Shown here one piece after another: positions 1 through 10,021 of a DNA stretch of 64,000 nucleotides. The notes under the pieces are model-generated. The model saw only the letters and a program-made list of their open reading frames with translations, made no database searches and was not told where the DNA came from. How positions within the stretch are numbered: position 1 is the stretch's first letter; every line of letters starts with the position of its first letter. The DNA is from a virus. The stretch is taken from IMG/VR virus record IMGVR_UViG_3300028837_002886, positions 66,932 through 130,931 of that record; one strand, written 5' to 3'. A program made the position numbers and the translations under genes.

Positions 1-449
1 TTATCCAGGATTTTATTAATGGACTTTGTGGGCATGTCTTTTATTTCGCCGCCACCTCTTTGCTGCCCGTACTCAATGATCTTATCTATCGTCTCAGCGA
101 CGGTCATACGGGTAAGGTCCAAGAGCTTTTTGACATTGTTGACTTCTAACTTGAATGGCTCCTCCATGTTTAAATATAGATGCGTCAACGGCGGCCTCTT
201 TGTGTCTACCCACTTAAAATGAACTACCAAACGCGCTTTAGGAAAATTAGTCCTAAGTGGACCGCCTCCTTTGCGATAAAAAATAGGGTCCCACATTCCA
301 GACTCGCCTTCTGTTTCGTTGTCTATTGGCCCTATGCGACTTTTCAGCTCTTTGACTAGCGTCTTGACAAAAGCCGTGGGTTGGTTTGACATAACCTTGG
401 CGGCGTTTACATCCTTAAATTTTTCACTTATCGCTTCTGTTATATTCAT
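1..449 (-). CDS. Hypothetical protein, runs off the window edge (MNITEAISENLKDV...)
   Basis: Translated by hand: ATG at 449 overlaps the TGA of the upstream gene (ATGA); frame open to position 1; absent from the ORF track. Confidence 0.7.
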   Translation of the reverse strand, partial: MNITEAISEKFKDVNAAKVMSNQPTAFVKTLVKELKSRIGPIDNETEGESGMWDPIFYRKGGGPLRTNFPKARLVVHFKWVDTKRPPLTHLYLNMEEPFKLEVNNVKKLLDLTRMTVAETIDKIIEYGQQRGGGEIKDMPTKSINKILD

Positions 450-1090
450 TCTTCAAAACTCGAGTTTATTATTTGAGGTTTAATAGGTTCGCTCCAACTC
501 ATCATTTCTTCGTCATACTCCACGTTGTTGTTCCAGGCGTCTTGTAGTGCTTCTTCCATGGTATCATCACTTACATACTTTCCTAACTCTTGTTCAATCC
601 TGGAGGCAATGCGCGACAGTTCATACGCATAGCTCCAATTCATATTCTTATCTTTTCGGAAAGCATTAACAACTTCTTCACCATACTCTGTTTTAAGATT
701 TTCCCAATACTCATCAGCCGCAAAGCCTATTTCGTCATTCACGTATTCATACTTGGTATCGTCAGACCAATCATTTTCCTTGGCTTCTTTCTCGAGCTCT
801 TCCATGTCAATCCAGTCGCCGTCTTCTATCTCTTTCATATCATTGAGTATTTTTGTAACTTTTTGTTGAGCTTCCCAAACAGTGTCTACAATGGCACCAA
901 CAGATCGAGTCGCGGCCGGTTTGTTTACCGTTTCATAAAAGATATAGTTCACGAAAGGACTGACATCTTCCACGATATTATAGATATCATCCATGAAACT
1001 ATCGACCGCGCCATCGACAACGCTCACCATCCAGCTCGGCATTTTATTGGGCCATTTTATTATGGCATCAATTAGATTTGTGGCGGTCAT
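446..1090 (-). CDS. Acidic hypothetical protein
   Basis: 214-aa ORF in a tightly coupled minus-strand run; ends KPQIINSSFEE (motif B-like). Confidence 0.7.
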   Translation of the reverse strand: MTATNLIDAIIKWPNKMPSWMVSVVDGAVDSFMDDIYNIVEDVSPFVNYIFYETVNKPAATRSVGAIVDTVWEAQQKVTKILNDMKEIEDGDWIDMEELEKEAKENDWSDDTKYEYVNDEIGFAADEYWENLKTEYGEEVVNAFRKDKNMNWSYAYELSRIASRIEQELGKYVSDDTMEEALQDAWNNNVEYDEEMMSWSEPIKPQIINSSFEE

Positions 1091-1430
1091 ATATGCTTTG
1101 TTCCCAGTCAGACTTCATGTCAGCTTTCCATTCCATGGCTTCCTCGTAATCGTTTACTTCTATTATTCTTATATTATGTTTATTCATCTTCTTGCGCAAC
1201 TTTTCTACTTCTCCCCGTTCAGCTGCAACAATCAAAGCATCGCTGCGCAGTAAAGGGCCATAGTCGCTGACCAAAACGATCTGTCGGTCGTTGTGCCTCT
1301 CGATGAACTTTCTGATGGCATCATTGGAGCTGCTAATAGATAACTTGGGTAGATCTTCCATGTGATAAAGCATACGATACCCCTCCCGTGTAGGTCGTAG
1401 TGACTGTCTGTAGGCTTCCATCAAAGTCAT
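1068..1430 (-). CDS. Hypothetical protein
   Basis: 120-aa ORF overlapping both neighbours. Confidence 0.65.
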   Translation of the reverse strand: MTLMEAYRQSLRPTREGYRMLYHMEDLPKLSISSSNDAIRKFIERHNDRQIVLVSDYGPLLRSDALIVAAERGEVEKLRKKMNKHNIRIIEVNDYEEAMEWKADMKSDWEQSIYDRHKSN

Positions 1431-2089
1431 TTGCCACTCCCTGTTAAATACTTTATCAACTCCATTTTAGGATTATTGCTTATATCTATCTTTAGGTAAT
1501 CTTGAAAAACCTCCTGACATGATTCGCCAAAATCATACATTTGGTCAAAATTACTAACATGTCTGTTTATTTGTTTTTGATACCAGCTTATATCATTCCA
1601 TGTTTTTTCTATGTCTTCTATGTGTAAATCGCCATGTTCTATGTCAAGCTTGACGCTTTCCCAAAGACCTAGCTCGTCTACATCCATCTTGCTCGCGATC
1701 TCTTCTAAAAACTCATCGTAACTTTCCTGAAGGTCATTGACATCAACATCTTCGGGTTTCAGCGCTTCGCCCTCTTCCCTGCTGGCTTGTACTATAGAAT
1801 TGACAAGACCCTTGCGAAAGTCGTCGGCATCTCGTACTAAATCTTTAAACCGACGCATGGCCTCTTTCATGGCTTCTTTTTCCTTGCCCAAAGGCAGACC
1901 CACCATTTCGTTTAGTAGTAGCGCGGTGAGAGTGTGAGAGCCCGTATCTTCATATATTCGTTCGGCTATATCATTCTGATATGCCATACTGGCGTCGACG
2001 ACGGCTTCCCATATATCGTTACGCTCTTCAACGGGCAGCAGTTTTTCGTCAGTGGTTACTCTTATATAAAAAGCTTTTATGTTTATCAT
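1427..2089 (-). CDS. Acidic hypothetical protein
   Basis: 220 aa; C-terminus DISNNPKMELIKYL resembles that of 5103..5735 (DITKNPKLEFIKYTF). Confidence 0.7.
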   Translation of the reverse strand: MINIKAFYIRVTTDEKLLPVEERNDIWEAVVDASMAYQNDIAERIYEDTGSHTLTALLLNEMVGLPLGKEKEAMKEAMRRFKDLVRDADDFRKGLVNSIVQASREEGEALKPEDVDVNDLQESYDEFLEEIASKMDVDELGLWESVKLDIEHGDLHIEDIEKTWNDISWYQKQINRHVSNFDQMYDFGESCQEVFQDYLKIDISNNPKMELIKYLTGSGK

Positions 2090-2637
2090 TGTTCCAACAC
2101 GTATTTTATTAATTCGCTTAATGATTTTCTCTTATCAATTTTTACATTTTTAAAGTTTTTCTGGGGACTTGTACACTGTTCATCTACCTTGCTATCAATA
2201 TCTTTTAAAAATTCATCGAATCGTTCCTGAAAACACTCGACATTAAGATCTTCAAGCTTTAGTTCTTTGTTCTCTTTCTCTACCGTCGCGTCGACAGTTA
2301 TAGTCTGGTCTTGTATTTCCTCATTAGCCTCTTGAACCAGCGATGCTGAAATCTTGATTGACTCTGCTATTTCAACAGATCCTTTCCAAGGAGTAAAATA
2401 ATTACCGTCAACAATAACCTCTAATAAAGCCATGTCATATATTTTAAACGAGTCTCCAAACTCTATGAGCGGAGGAACAACAACTTTGGCGGAATCGCCT
2501 TCAACCATTGCCGTAATCGTCGTGCTCAAGCTTTCGGAAGTCGGTAACACCAATTTTACAGTTGGAGTAGAGGCGCTGCCAACAATATTTAGCTTAAAGT
2601 TTAACTTCGTGGATTTATCTTTAAATATTTTAATCAT
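2086..2637 (-). CDS. Hypothetical protein, possibly virion-associated
   Basis: 183 aa; beta-rich N-half; lies downstream of the LamG gene. Confidence 0.6.
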   Translation of the reverse strand: MIKIFKDKSTKLNFKLNIVGSASTPTVKLVLPTSESLSTTITAMVEGDSAKVVVPPLIEFGDSFKIYDMALLEVIVDGNYFTPWKGSVEIAESIKISASLVQEANEEIQDQTITVDATVEKENKELKLEDLNVECFQERFDEFLKDIDSKVDEQCTSPQKNFKNVKIDKRKSLSELIKYVLEQ

Positions 2638-2651
2638 TATTTATTTTGTCG

Positions 2652-2948
2652 TTAAGTTGGTTTGACTAGCCTAACCGCGACACCTCTTTTAATTAGTTTA
2701 GCTTTACACTTAACGCCATCTGAAGGAGTCACTTCAATAAGCGCCGTTTCAATCACTAGCCAATCGTCTTCTGGTCGAACACGAACATCGAGCGGGGGGA
2801 CATAACCTACTCCGCCTCCAATCACGTCAACAGGTTCAGGAATTTCGACAGCTGCTTCCCAATATATGAATGCAATACCAACATTAGAATTAATAAAAGG
2901 TATCATAATGCCACCCTGCCGCCTAGACTCAAATCGAACTTTTTCCAT
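2652..2948 (-). CDS. Hypothetical protein (true start probably MIPFINS near 2907)
   Basis: ORF directly downstream of the LamG gene. Confidence 0.5.
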   Translation of the reverse strand: MEKVRFESRRQGGIMIPFINSNVGIAFIYWEAAVEIPEPVDVIGGGVGYVPPLDVRVRPEDDWLVIETALIEVTPSDGVKCKAKLIKRGVAVRLVKPT

Positions 2949-5038
2949 ACGGTAACATTATCGTCCTCGTATATCGTTATGATGTCTCCATTTCTCGTAA
3001 TTTTGTTTTCTGATATTTTTCTAATTATATCAACATCTAAATCTACTCTGTCTATTGTTTCTACACCAGACGATATTGTATTATCTATAGATCTTAAAAC
3101 ACCAACCAAGGCGTGAAAATAGATTCTTAGCCAATTTAATTTTGGAGTATTCTCTCCTGTACTAATCATTGTTGCTTTAAACTGAATTATATTTCCACAG
3201 TATTTAATATCATCACCACTGTTATACGGTTTATATCCAACTTCTAGTGGATGATCAACGTGTCTCACCTCTATCGATAGTCCTGTTCCTGATGGAGTTT
3301 CAGCATAAAAAGATACACTATCTAAATACACCCCATTTGTATTATCTTCAGGTTGATAGGCAAAACTTTCGTAATAGCCACTACTTTCATAACCCGCGCT
3401 GGAAGTTATTTCCACATTATCCAATTCAGGAGTAACATTTATATCTGTTGTAGATAACTGCCACTTAAGTCGTATTTTATCAGGACTGCCCATACTTTGC
3501 ATTGCTGTTTCCAACTGTGTCAACGTAAGCCATGATTCGTTCCAACTCCCACCACTATTAACTGAGTACTGTCTGAGAACAGTCGTATTTGCTGGAATAG
3601 TAAAAGTCTCTACAACAGAAAGCCATGCAAATATCTCCGCAGGATCAATATCAGTATTCATTGCTATTTCATGGTTTCCCAAAGGATACACCACATCTTC
3701 AGCTACATAAATATTATCTAATTCTGGCGTAACTATTCCTACGTCTGAATGCATAAAAGCTCTAAATTTGAAAACCCCAGAACTTGCAAGTGTAGAAATA
3801 TTAGAATTAATTATACTTGCGACATTAGATTCACTAGCATAATACCAAGAATCAGTTTGCCCTCCCGTGATAGCGGTCCAAGCGGCGCCATTCCACCATT
3901 TCCAAGTGGCTCCATTATCAGAGCTAATTTGATGTTTTATCCCTGAGCCCGCCGGTTTAGTAGATGTTTCTGTGAATACACCTAACACAGTAGCAAAAGC
4001 ATAGCCAGAATTAGGGTAAACATCTGGATTATCAATTGCGTAAGTATCAGGCATTAATTCTGTTCCAGCTCCTCCATTATATCTATAATTCACATAAGAA
4101 GCACTAAGTTCTTGATCGTAAATAACTATTTCATCAACTTGTCCTTTTATTGTATCGATACTAGTAGAAATATTTAAATATTCACTATTAACAGTAGTTC
4201 CTGTTAATGTGTTATTATTAAGAATATATGAATTTTCTATATTATCTATGTAAATATGCATGCCATTAGCTGTAGAACTACCATCATAAGTAACAACAAT
4301 ATGATGATAATTATCATCATCTAAAATAATACTTGTCGCAACTTGTATAACATTAGAGTTGGCATCCCTAATAAAAAATCTAAGTTCTTCGGTTCCATCA
4401 TTCCAATAAATATTAAATCCTTGTAAAACTCCTCCTTTTTTGAAGAGACGTTGATGTCCATCAGTATTCTGTAATTTAAACCAACCTTCAAAACTAAACT
4501 CATCTGTTTTTTCAAAACTAGCTATATTTCCACAATTTATCCATTCATTAACTCCATCAAATTGCAAACAATTATTTAATTTTCCAGTAACCCAATCTGC
4601 ATCTTCCATATTTTGAGTTGTTCCATTCCTACCATTCCCAGAAGAATCAGGAACATTGGTTCCAGAAGATTCGTTTAAATGATACCACGCATAAGGATTT
4701 AGTGGAATTCCTTTTAATCGCGCTACACCTCCGGTTACTTCAATCTTAGCTCCATCAAACGTGTAATTGCCACTTGTCGTAAATGACCAATTATTATCGC
4801 CACCAGCCGCGGGCTTTAACTTGGCAACTTCATTAGCTATCTCTATTTTTGTATCATCATAAGTATAATTTGCTGAGGTAGTGAACGGAATGTCGTCACT
4901 ACTACCAGTTTTTTTTGCAAGTCCTAGATAGGCGCTATCGCCACTACCAATAACTTCTACGTTGCTTTTTGTAGGACTTCCAAAATTAAATTGTGTATCG
5001 CTATTCCATTGAGCTATTCTGGTTGGCATATTTTTCAC
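2903..5038 (-). CDS. LamG/concanavalin A-like domain virion protein (tail fibre or decoration type)
   Basis: LamG signature WYHLNESSG...LQFDGVNEWI...YHHIVVTYDG...GQVDEIVIYD; internal repeats; three TPxL modules. Confidence 0.8.
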   Translation of the reverse strand: MKNMPTRIAQWNSDTQFNFGSPTKSNVEVIGSGDSAYLGLAKKTGSSDDIPFTTSANYTYDDTKIEIANEVAKLKPAAGGDNNWSFTTSGNYTFDGAKIEVTGGVARLKGIPLNPYAWYHLNESSGTNVPDSSGNGRNGTTQNMEDADWVTGKLNNCLQFDGVNEWINCGNIASFEKTDEFSFEGWFKLQNTDGHQRLFKKGGVLQGFNIYWNDGTEELRFFIRDANSNVIQVATSIILDDDNYHHIVVTYDGSSTANGMHIYIDNIENSYILNNNTLTGTTVNSEYLNISTSIDTIKGQVDEIVIYDQELSASYVNYRYNGGAGTELMPDTYAIDNPDVYPNSGYAFATVLGVFTETSTKPAGSGIKHQISSDNGATWKWWNGAAWTAITGGQTDSWYYASESNVASIINSNISTLASSGVFKFRAFMHSDVGIVTPELDNIYVAEDVVYPLGNHEIAMNTDIDPAEIFAWLSVVETFTIPANTTVLRQYSVNSGGSWNESWLTLTQLETAMQSMGSPDKIRLKWQLSTTDINVTPELDNVEITSSAGYESSGYYESFAYQPEDNTNGVYLDSVSFYAETPSGTGLSIEVRHVDHPLEVGYKPYNSGDDIKYCGNIIQFKATMISTGENTPKLNWLRIYFHALVGVLRSIDNTISSGVETIDRVDLDVDIIRKISENKITRNGDIITIYEDDNVTVWKKFDLSLGGRVAL

Positions 5039-5102
5039 CTAGTAAGATTAGTTAGCTTATGTATACTGTTACCTCCCAGTTTTATATATTTTATCTTGTG
5101 TT

Positions 5103-5735
5103 TCATTGTTCAAATGTATATTTTATAAATTCAAGCTTTGGGTTTTTTGTTATGTCAAAATCTCCCCAATTCTCAAGTTCCTCATCGATATATTTTTGCA
5201 GCCAATCTGCGTATTTACTGTCTATTTCAAAAATAGCCTCTTCTACTTTTTTCTCCAAGTAAGGTAAATTTTTCTTAGTCTGTATTATCTTTTTCCTGGC
5301 AAGCTCAGACGTCCCAATCATATCTGCGAAACTTGGGTCCATGTCTAGTTTGTCTGTTATTTTTCTGGCATACACTTTATAACTGGATGGCTTCATGCTC
5401 GGGAGAGTACGTTGCTTTACTGGATACTCCTTTTCGTATTTGGCTAACGCATAGACGAGTTTTTTGTAATTATCAAAAAGATCCGTATCAATGTATAAAT
5501 AATTATCCTCGCGCGTGGGTTCATATAACAGATAGCCTGACAGGATGACAGCGTTTGTTATTTTATTCATTGTAGCTAGCGCGTCTTGCCAGGCCTCCGC
5601 CTCGGCTTCCAGTTCTACTTCTGCCATTATTTCGTGATAAGTATACACAAAATTTTTGATATACTTGTTGCTAAGCGCGCGGTGTTTCGCAAAGTACATA
5701 AAATCATCAAAATTCATTTCATCGTCGTCGTACAT
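5103..5735 (-). CDS. Hypothetical protein
   Basis: 210 aa; ends KLEFIKYTFEQ. Confidence 0.7.
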   Translation of the reverse strand: MYDDDEMNFDDFMYFAKHRALSNKYIKNFVYTYHEIMAEVELEAEAEAWQDALATMNKITNAVILSGYLLYEPTREDNYLYIDTDLFDNYKKLVYALAKYEKEYPVKQRTLPSMKPSSYKVYARKITDKLDMDPSFADMIGTSELARKKIIQTKKNLPYLEKKVEEAIFEIDSKYADWLQKYIDEELENWGDFDITKNPKLEFIKYTFEQ

Positions 5736-5737
5736 AA

Positions 5738-6728
5738 TTAGGACTCGTGAATTTTTTTCAAAGCTTCGACATGATGAAATTGTCTTAATTTCGCGCCGAA
5801 TGCTTCGAAATATTTTGCTATATCTTTATACGAACCTTTCTTTACTGCGATTACTATTGCTGATGGAAAAAACATCCTACGGTGTTTTTCATATACTATA
5901 TATAGACGATAGCCCTCATACTGTTTAAACCATGACCTAGCCCGCTCTATACTGCTATCGTGATCTAAACCTATTTTTACAGCTAGATCGTCGTGGCTCG
6001 TGCGCTTAGACATCGACCCAGTTATCCAAAATAAAATACTTAACAAGTCTTCATCGGGATAAAGATCGAACATATCATGTATCGTCTGTCTCTTTATTGG
6101 TTTCATTCGTAAGTTGTCTCCCTGCCTTCCCTGCTCATTGTGTAAAAATCTTCCAATGCCCCGGTCAATAGGGACCACGATAAGTAGCCCAGTAGCCATT
6201 CCTCGTTTCGTCCAGCAAACTCCGCGCGTATTTGATATACCGTTCTCTTGATGCGACCAGTGCTCATTACAGAACGCCGAGATCCTTTGACTATTTCTTT
6301 GAACCCCAAGTTATGCATGTAGGCTATCTTTTTTAAAACATGCTCTAATTCGCGCACAACTGGGCCCTGTACAGGTAGTTGATCTTCAAACATTATCATT
6401 AAATGTAATTTCTTTGGCAATCTTATTTTCATAATTTTTTCATCGGCGGCCAGGCGCCTTCGTGGAATTGGGCTATTATAAAAGTTTCCTTCGCTTGATT
6501 CTTCCTCATCCACTGTTCCCAATCCCATTTTAATATTTCATAGATTTCTTCACCTAACGCGTTAGGCTCCAAGTCACGCGGATCGGTTGCGCCCGTTCCA
6601 TATGTTAGATTGCTGATAGCATTATCTTCAGCGGTCTCGATATCATCAATAAACCAAAACCCTCCGAATTTCTCTTTTAGTTCTTCTTTGTGTTGTAATA
6701 TCAAATCTACAAATTTGTCTATTGTCAT
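5738..6728 (-). CDS. Three overlapping hypothetical ORFs (5738..6199, 6103..6528, 6429..6728); starts uncertain
   Basis: Co-oriented ORFs filling the operon; true starts probably internal (MKPIKRQ, MKIRLPK). Confidence 0.5.
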
Positions 6729-6994
6729 GTCTTATCTTCATGTCGACTTTCTATCAAGCGTTTAATCATGTTGATTTTTGCTTCATATAATGTTTCGAAC
6801 AAATCATCCGGGTGTGCATATATTTTCTTTTCAATATCTAGATGTCCATCGCTCAGCCCTTTGATGATATTTACTGAGATCAACGGTTTTGATTTAGAAA
6901 TAAAATCAACTTCAGCCTCAGCTACGTGCCAACTCAGCTTGTTATTTAGTGGCAAACTGTGGTATAGTAAATATACTTTTTCGCCCTTTTTCAT
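6725..6994 (-). CDS. Small SH3-like hypothetical protein, paralogue of 8397..8660
   Basis: MKKGEKVY...SW...YAHPDDLF...EAKINMIKRLIE aligns with MKKGDVVY...SW...YARPKDLF...EAKINLVRRLIE. Confidence 0.7.
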   Translation of the reverse strand: MKKGEKVYLLYHSLPLNNKLSWHVAEAEVDFISKSKPLISVNIIKGLSDGHLDIEKKIYAHPDDLFETLYEAKINMIKRLIESRHEDKT

Positions 6995-7017
6995 GAGCTT
7001 TTTGAAACCTCCATAAA

Positions 7018-8211
7018 TTATCGTAAATATTCAAATTTGGCGGTTAAGCATCCTTTGAATAGGATCATTCCATTCTTTATATAGACCGGCAAATGACTCA
7101 CCTGAGAGTCGTTATAAAAATCTGTTTTATAAATCAAAGGAATGAAATCTGATAAATTCTTACTGAACGATTCGCTTGACTCTCGAGCCAACCCACTCGG
7201 TAGATTATCAATCGCCATAATCATAATCTTTTTGCCATTTGCTCTCTTTGGTTTCCACCAATAAATAGGATCTTTAAATGTGGTTGTTCTATTTACTAAC
7301 TTATTTCCACCATTTATATCACACGTAAAATCTCCAATAATCCTAAGCCTAGAATTCAATCTATTCTGAAACATTAACTTTTCTAGAATTGGTGGTTCCC
7401 ACGGTTTCCAGGATGTTGCATTAATCAAAACTGTGAGGTAAGGTAAAAATCTGCCAAGTCCTCGATCCTTTGTGTGTTCTCTCGTAAACTGAGTTACATA
7501 GATATCCTGCTGTGCTCGAAACCGTTTCTTCGCAGAGATGGCAAATAACTCCTCAGGTTTTATATAACGACAAGATAAACAATTCAGCACTTCTAAGGCG
7601 CCCTTTGCCATACGACCATTCCCCACAATCCCAATTATAAAGGATGTTAAACTCCTTGGAAATGATCCACACACCTGCCGTTGAAGATTATGTTTTAAAA
7701 GCTTAACGTTTTGATATAGCCGCGCGGTAAAGAGATTCACAAAAGGTGTACAAAGATCTTCCTTTAAAAACTGCTTACCTAAAAGTCTTAACACCTCTAC
7801 CATACCCACTATGCCAGCGAATCTGCCAAATGTCGAAAGTTTTTCGCCTGCAGCAGTGGTCATCAATTCATAGTCAAAGAGATTACACCCTGACCGCATT
7901 AACTTTTGTAACATTGCCCGATTACATTCTTGCGCCAAGTGCGTATGTGAAAAGAAAAAGTAAGTTGAATGCTTCTGAATAAACTTTAGAGCAACATCTT
8001 TTATACCAAAGACTACACAATCTTGACTTAAGTGCTTCACCAATCTTGCTCCTACTTGCGCATACTCCTTATCCTTAAACGCTCTTTCTTTTGACTTCTG
8101 TACTTCTACATCAATACCAAAATCGAGCAATAATGATTCTACGTTAGCAGGCATAAGAGGGGATCGGGTCTCGCCGGGATGATTCTCTCGTCTAATACCA
8201 ATCTTGTTCAC
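7018..8211 (-). CDS. Saccharopine dehydrogenase / lysine-ketoglutarate reductase-like protein (AlaDh/PNT fold)
   Basis: IGIRRE..GETRSPLMP, GIKD, FFSH, LFDYELM, FGRFAG, IGDFTCDING, AIDNLPSGLARESS. Confidence 0.85.
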   Translation of the reverse strand: MNKIGIRRENHPGETRSPLMPANVESLLLDFGIDVEVQKSKERAFKDKEYAQVGARLVKHLSQDCVVFGIKDVALKFIQKHSTYFFFSHTHLAQECNRAMLQKLMRSGCNLFDYELMTTAAGEKLSTFGRFAGIVGMVEVLRLLGKQFLKEDLCTPFVNLFTARLYQNVKLLKHNLQRQVCGSFPRSLTSFIIGIVGNGRMAKGALEVLNCLSCRYIKPEELFAISAKKRFRAQQDIYVTQFTREHTKDRGLGRFLPYLTVLINATSWKPWEPPILEKLMFQNRLNSRLRIIGDFTCDINGGNKLVNRTTTFKDPIYWWKPKRANGKKIMIMAIDNLPSGLARESSESFSKNLSDFIPLIYKTDFYNDSQVSHLPVYIKNGMILFKGCLTAKFEYLR

Positions 8212-8220
8212 TTTTAAATC

Positions 8221-8400
8221 CTATGTTATATTAAATATTTCTTTCTCTTCTACCTCTTCTCCTGCTAGCTCTTCAAGCTTTTTTATAATGGGTCTAACTT
8301 CTTCGTCTTCTACCCACACTAAGCGTTCTACCATTCTCATCCACGGTAATAAATCTTTAGCAAGCTCAGCTATCTCTTTTCCAAACTCTGTCTTGGTCAT
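8221..8400 (-). CDS. Small hypothetical protein (59 aa, MTKTEFGKEIAELAKDLLPW...)
   Basis: Translated by hand; ATGA overlap with the upstream gene. Confidence 0.6.
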   Translation of the reverse strand: MTKTEFGKEIAELAKDLLPWMRMVERLVWVEDEEVRPIIKKLEELAGEEVEEKEIFNIT

Positions 8401-8660
8401 TCTGCTATTCGTTCTTCTATAAGTCGCCTTACTAAATTAATTTTCGCCTCGGCTGCGGTTTTGAACAGATCTTTTGGCCTCGCGTAATGAGACGCGTTTT
8501 TTCTAAATCTGAAAAAATAGGCACCTACTTTTTCTATCATCTTTACGCTGGATACAGTACCCACAATGGAATTAATATTCACCTTCCATATGGCCCAGCT
8601 GGGTTTTTCGTTTACGCCCCATCCTGTGAAAAGAAAGTATACTACATCTCCCTTTTTCAT
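8397..8660 (-). CDS. Small SH3-like hypothetical protein, paralogue of 6725..6994
   Basis: Sequence similarity to 6725..6994. Confidence 0.7.
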   Translation of the reverse strand: MKKGDVVYFLFTGWGVNEKPSWAIWKVNINSIVGTVSSVKMIEKVGAYFFRFRKNASHYARPKDLFKTAAEAKINLVRRLIEERIAE

Positions 8661-9979
8661 ACTTTACCCCAACCCCACATGTTGAGCATATAGGCCTTGA
8701 AAGCTTTACCTAACAGGTCGGCCTTGTTTATATTATGCTTGACCTTTCTGAGCTTATAACCGTTTATCAATAACGCTTTTTTGATATCCTCAGCTTTCAT
8801 ACTCTTGGTGCCTTCGTATCTATTCCACATACCCTCGAGTTTTCTGATGGTGTCATCTATCCTGTCGTTGATTTTTTGTTTATTATATGGTATGCCAAGT
8901 TTCTTAGTACTGCGCGCTCTAAATAGATCATCGGTGCTTTTATATTTATTCATGGTTTTTGGGCCAAACTTGCTTATTTTAGAAATGCCGAAAACATCAT
9001 TGAGCATGAACATGTTGAAACTTTTCATGATAGGATCCAACTCGTCTCTCAACGGTCCCCAAAGTGCTTGATTGAGTTCCCTAAAGTCCCCGGTAATTTT
9101 TAACAGGGTTTCTCTATCAAGACCCTTGCGGTATTTAACAACCAACCCTTCTATTCTTGGATGTTCCGGTGGGACCTCTACTTCTGGCCCAGCCAGCTTG
9201 GAAACCATTTTGGTGAGGATAATAGAACCGACTTTGTCTGCTATTGTGCGCATTAACTCAAACTGTTTTTCTGGATCCTTTTCTGCGCGCAGTTGTTTTA
9301 TTTCACCAATATTTTTCCAGGCTTTCAAAACAGGTTCAAGTGTTTTTCCTATGTCCTCTTTGTCTATTTTGATGGGACCTTTGAACTCCCAAGCACTTGT
9401 TCTTTTACCAACTACCCTATCTACATCTGCCGGGGTGCCTATATAACTGACTACATCGGATATTACACTCATCTGACCGATCACATCTGCAAGGTCGTTT
9501 AGATTGTATTCGGCATCTACCGGCTCAAAATCTTTCTCTGGATCTACATAACCATGAAAGACAACATAGTTTTTTGTCTCGCTGTATGGTACTATGTTCG
9601 GCACAAAGCCAAATATGATTTCACAATTTATGAAATTTCTATCTAGGCCGTATTTCTTTTTATCTTCTTCGGAGAGCTTCCTGAAACCTTTTTTGATTGC
9701 TTTGAAACCGGCCCTAAAAGCATCGGAGCCCGGATGGGTAATTGGGAATTTTTCATCTATGTTGGCAGAGGGTTTGGCTTTCTTGCTTCTAACATACACT
9801 ACGTTATTGTAATTGTCAAAACCAACCATAAGGTTGGCGCCATCTACTTTTTCGTAAGCTTCGGTGCGACCTTTTAGCAGATCGTTTATAAATCCGATAA
9901 ATCTTGAAGGGGACAGAACTTCATATGGGTGGGCCATGTGACCTGCCGCTCCGCCTTCAAACAGTTGAGCGTTATTCAT
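8657..9979 (-). CDS. RNA ligase-like covalent nucleotidyltransferase
   Basis: Motif I EKVDG, III NCEII, IIIa VVFH, IV IEGLVVK, V LLKI; N-terminal GGAAGHMAHP. Confidence 0.65.
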   Translation of the reverse strand: MNNAQLFEGGAAGHMAHPYEVLSPSRFIGFINDLLKGRTEAYEKVDGANLMVGFDNYNNVVYVRSKKAKPSANIDEKFPITHPGSDAFRAGFKAIKKGFRKLSEEDKKKYGLDRNFINCEIIFGFVPNIVPYSETKNYVVFHGYVDPEKDFEPVDAEYNLNDLADVIGQMSVISDVVSYIGTPADVDRVVGKRTSAWEFKGPIKIDKEDIGKTLEPVLKAWKNIGEIKQLRAEKDPEKQFELMRTIADKVGSIILTKMVSKLAGPEVEVPPEHPRIEGLVVKYRKGLDRETLLKITGDFRELNQALWGPLRDELDPIMKSFNMFMLNDVFGISKISKFGPKTMNKYKSTDDLFRARSTKKLGIPYNKQKINDRIDDTIRKLEGMWNRYEGTKSMKAEDIKKALLINGYKLRKVKHNINKADLLGKAFKAYMLNMWGWGKV

Positions 9980-10021
9980 GTTGAGACACCTCTGCTATTT
10001 ATCTTTGTGGGAAGAATATAT

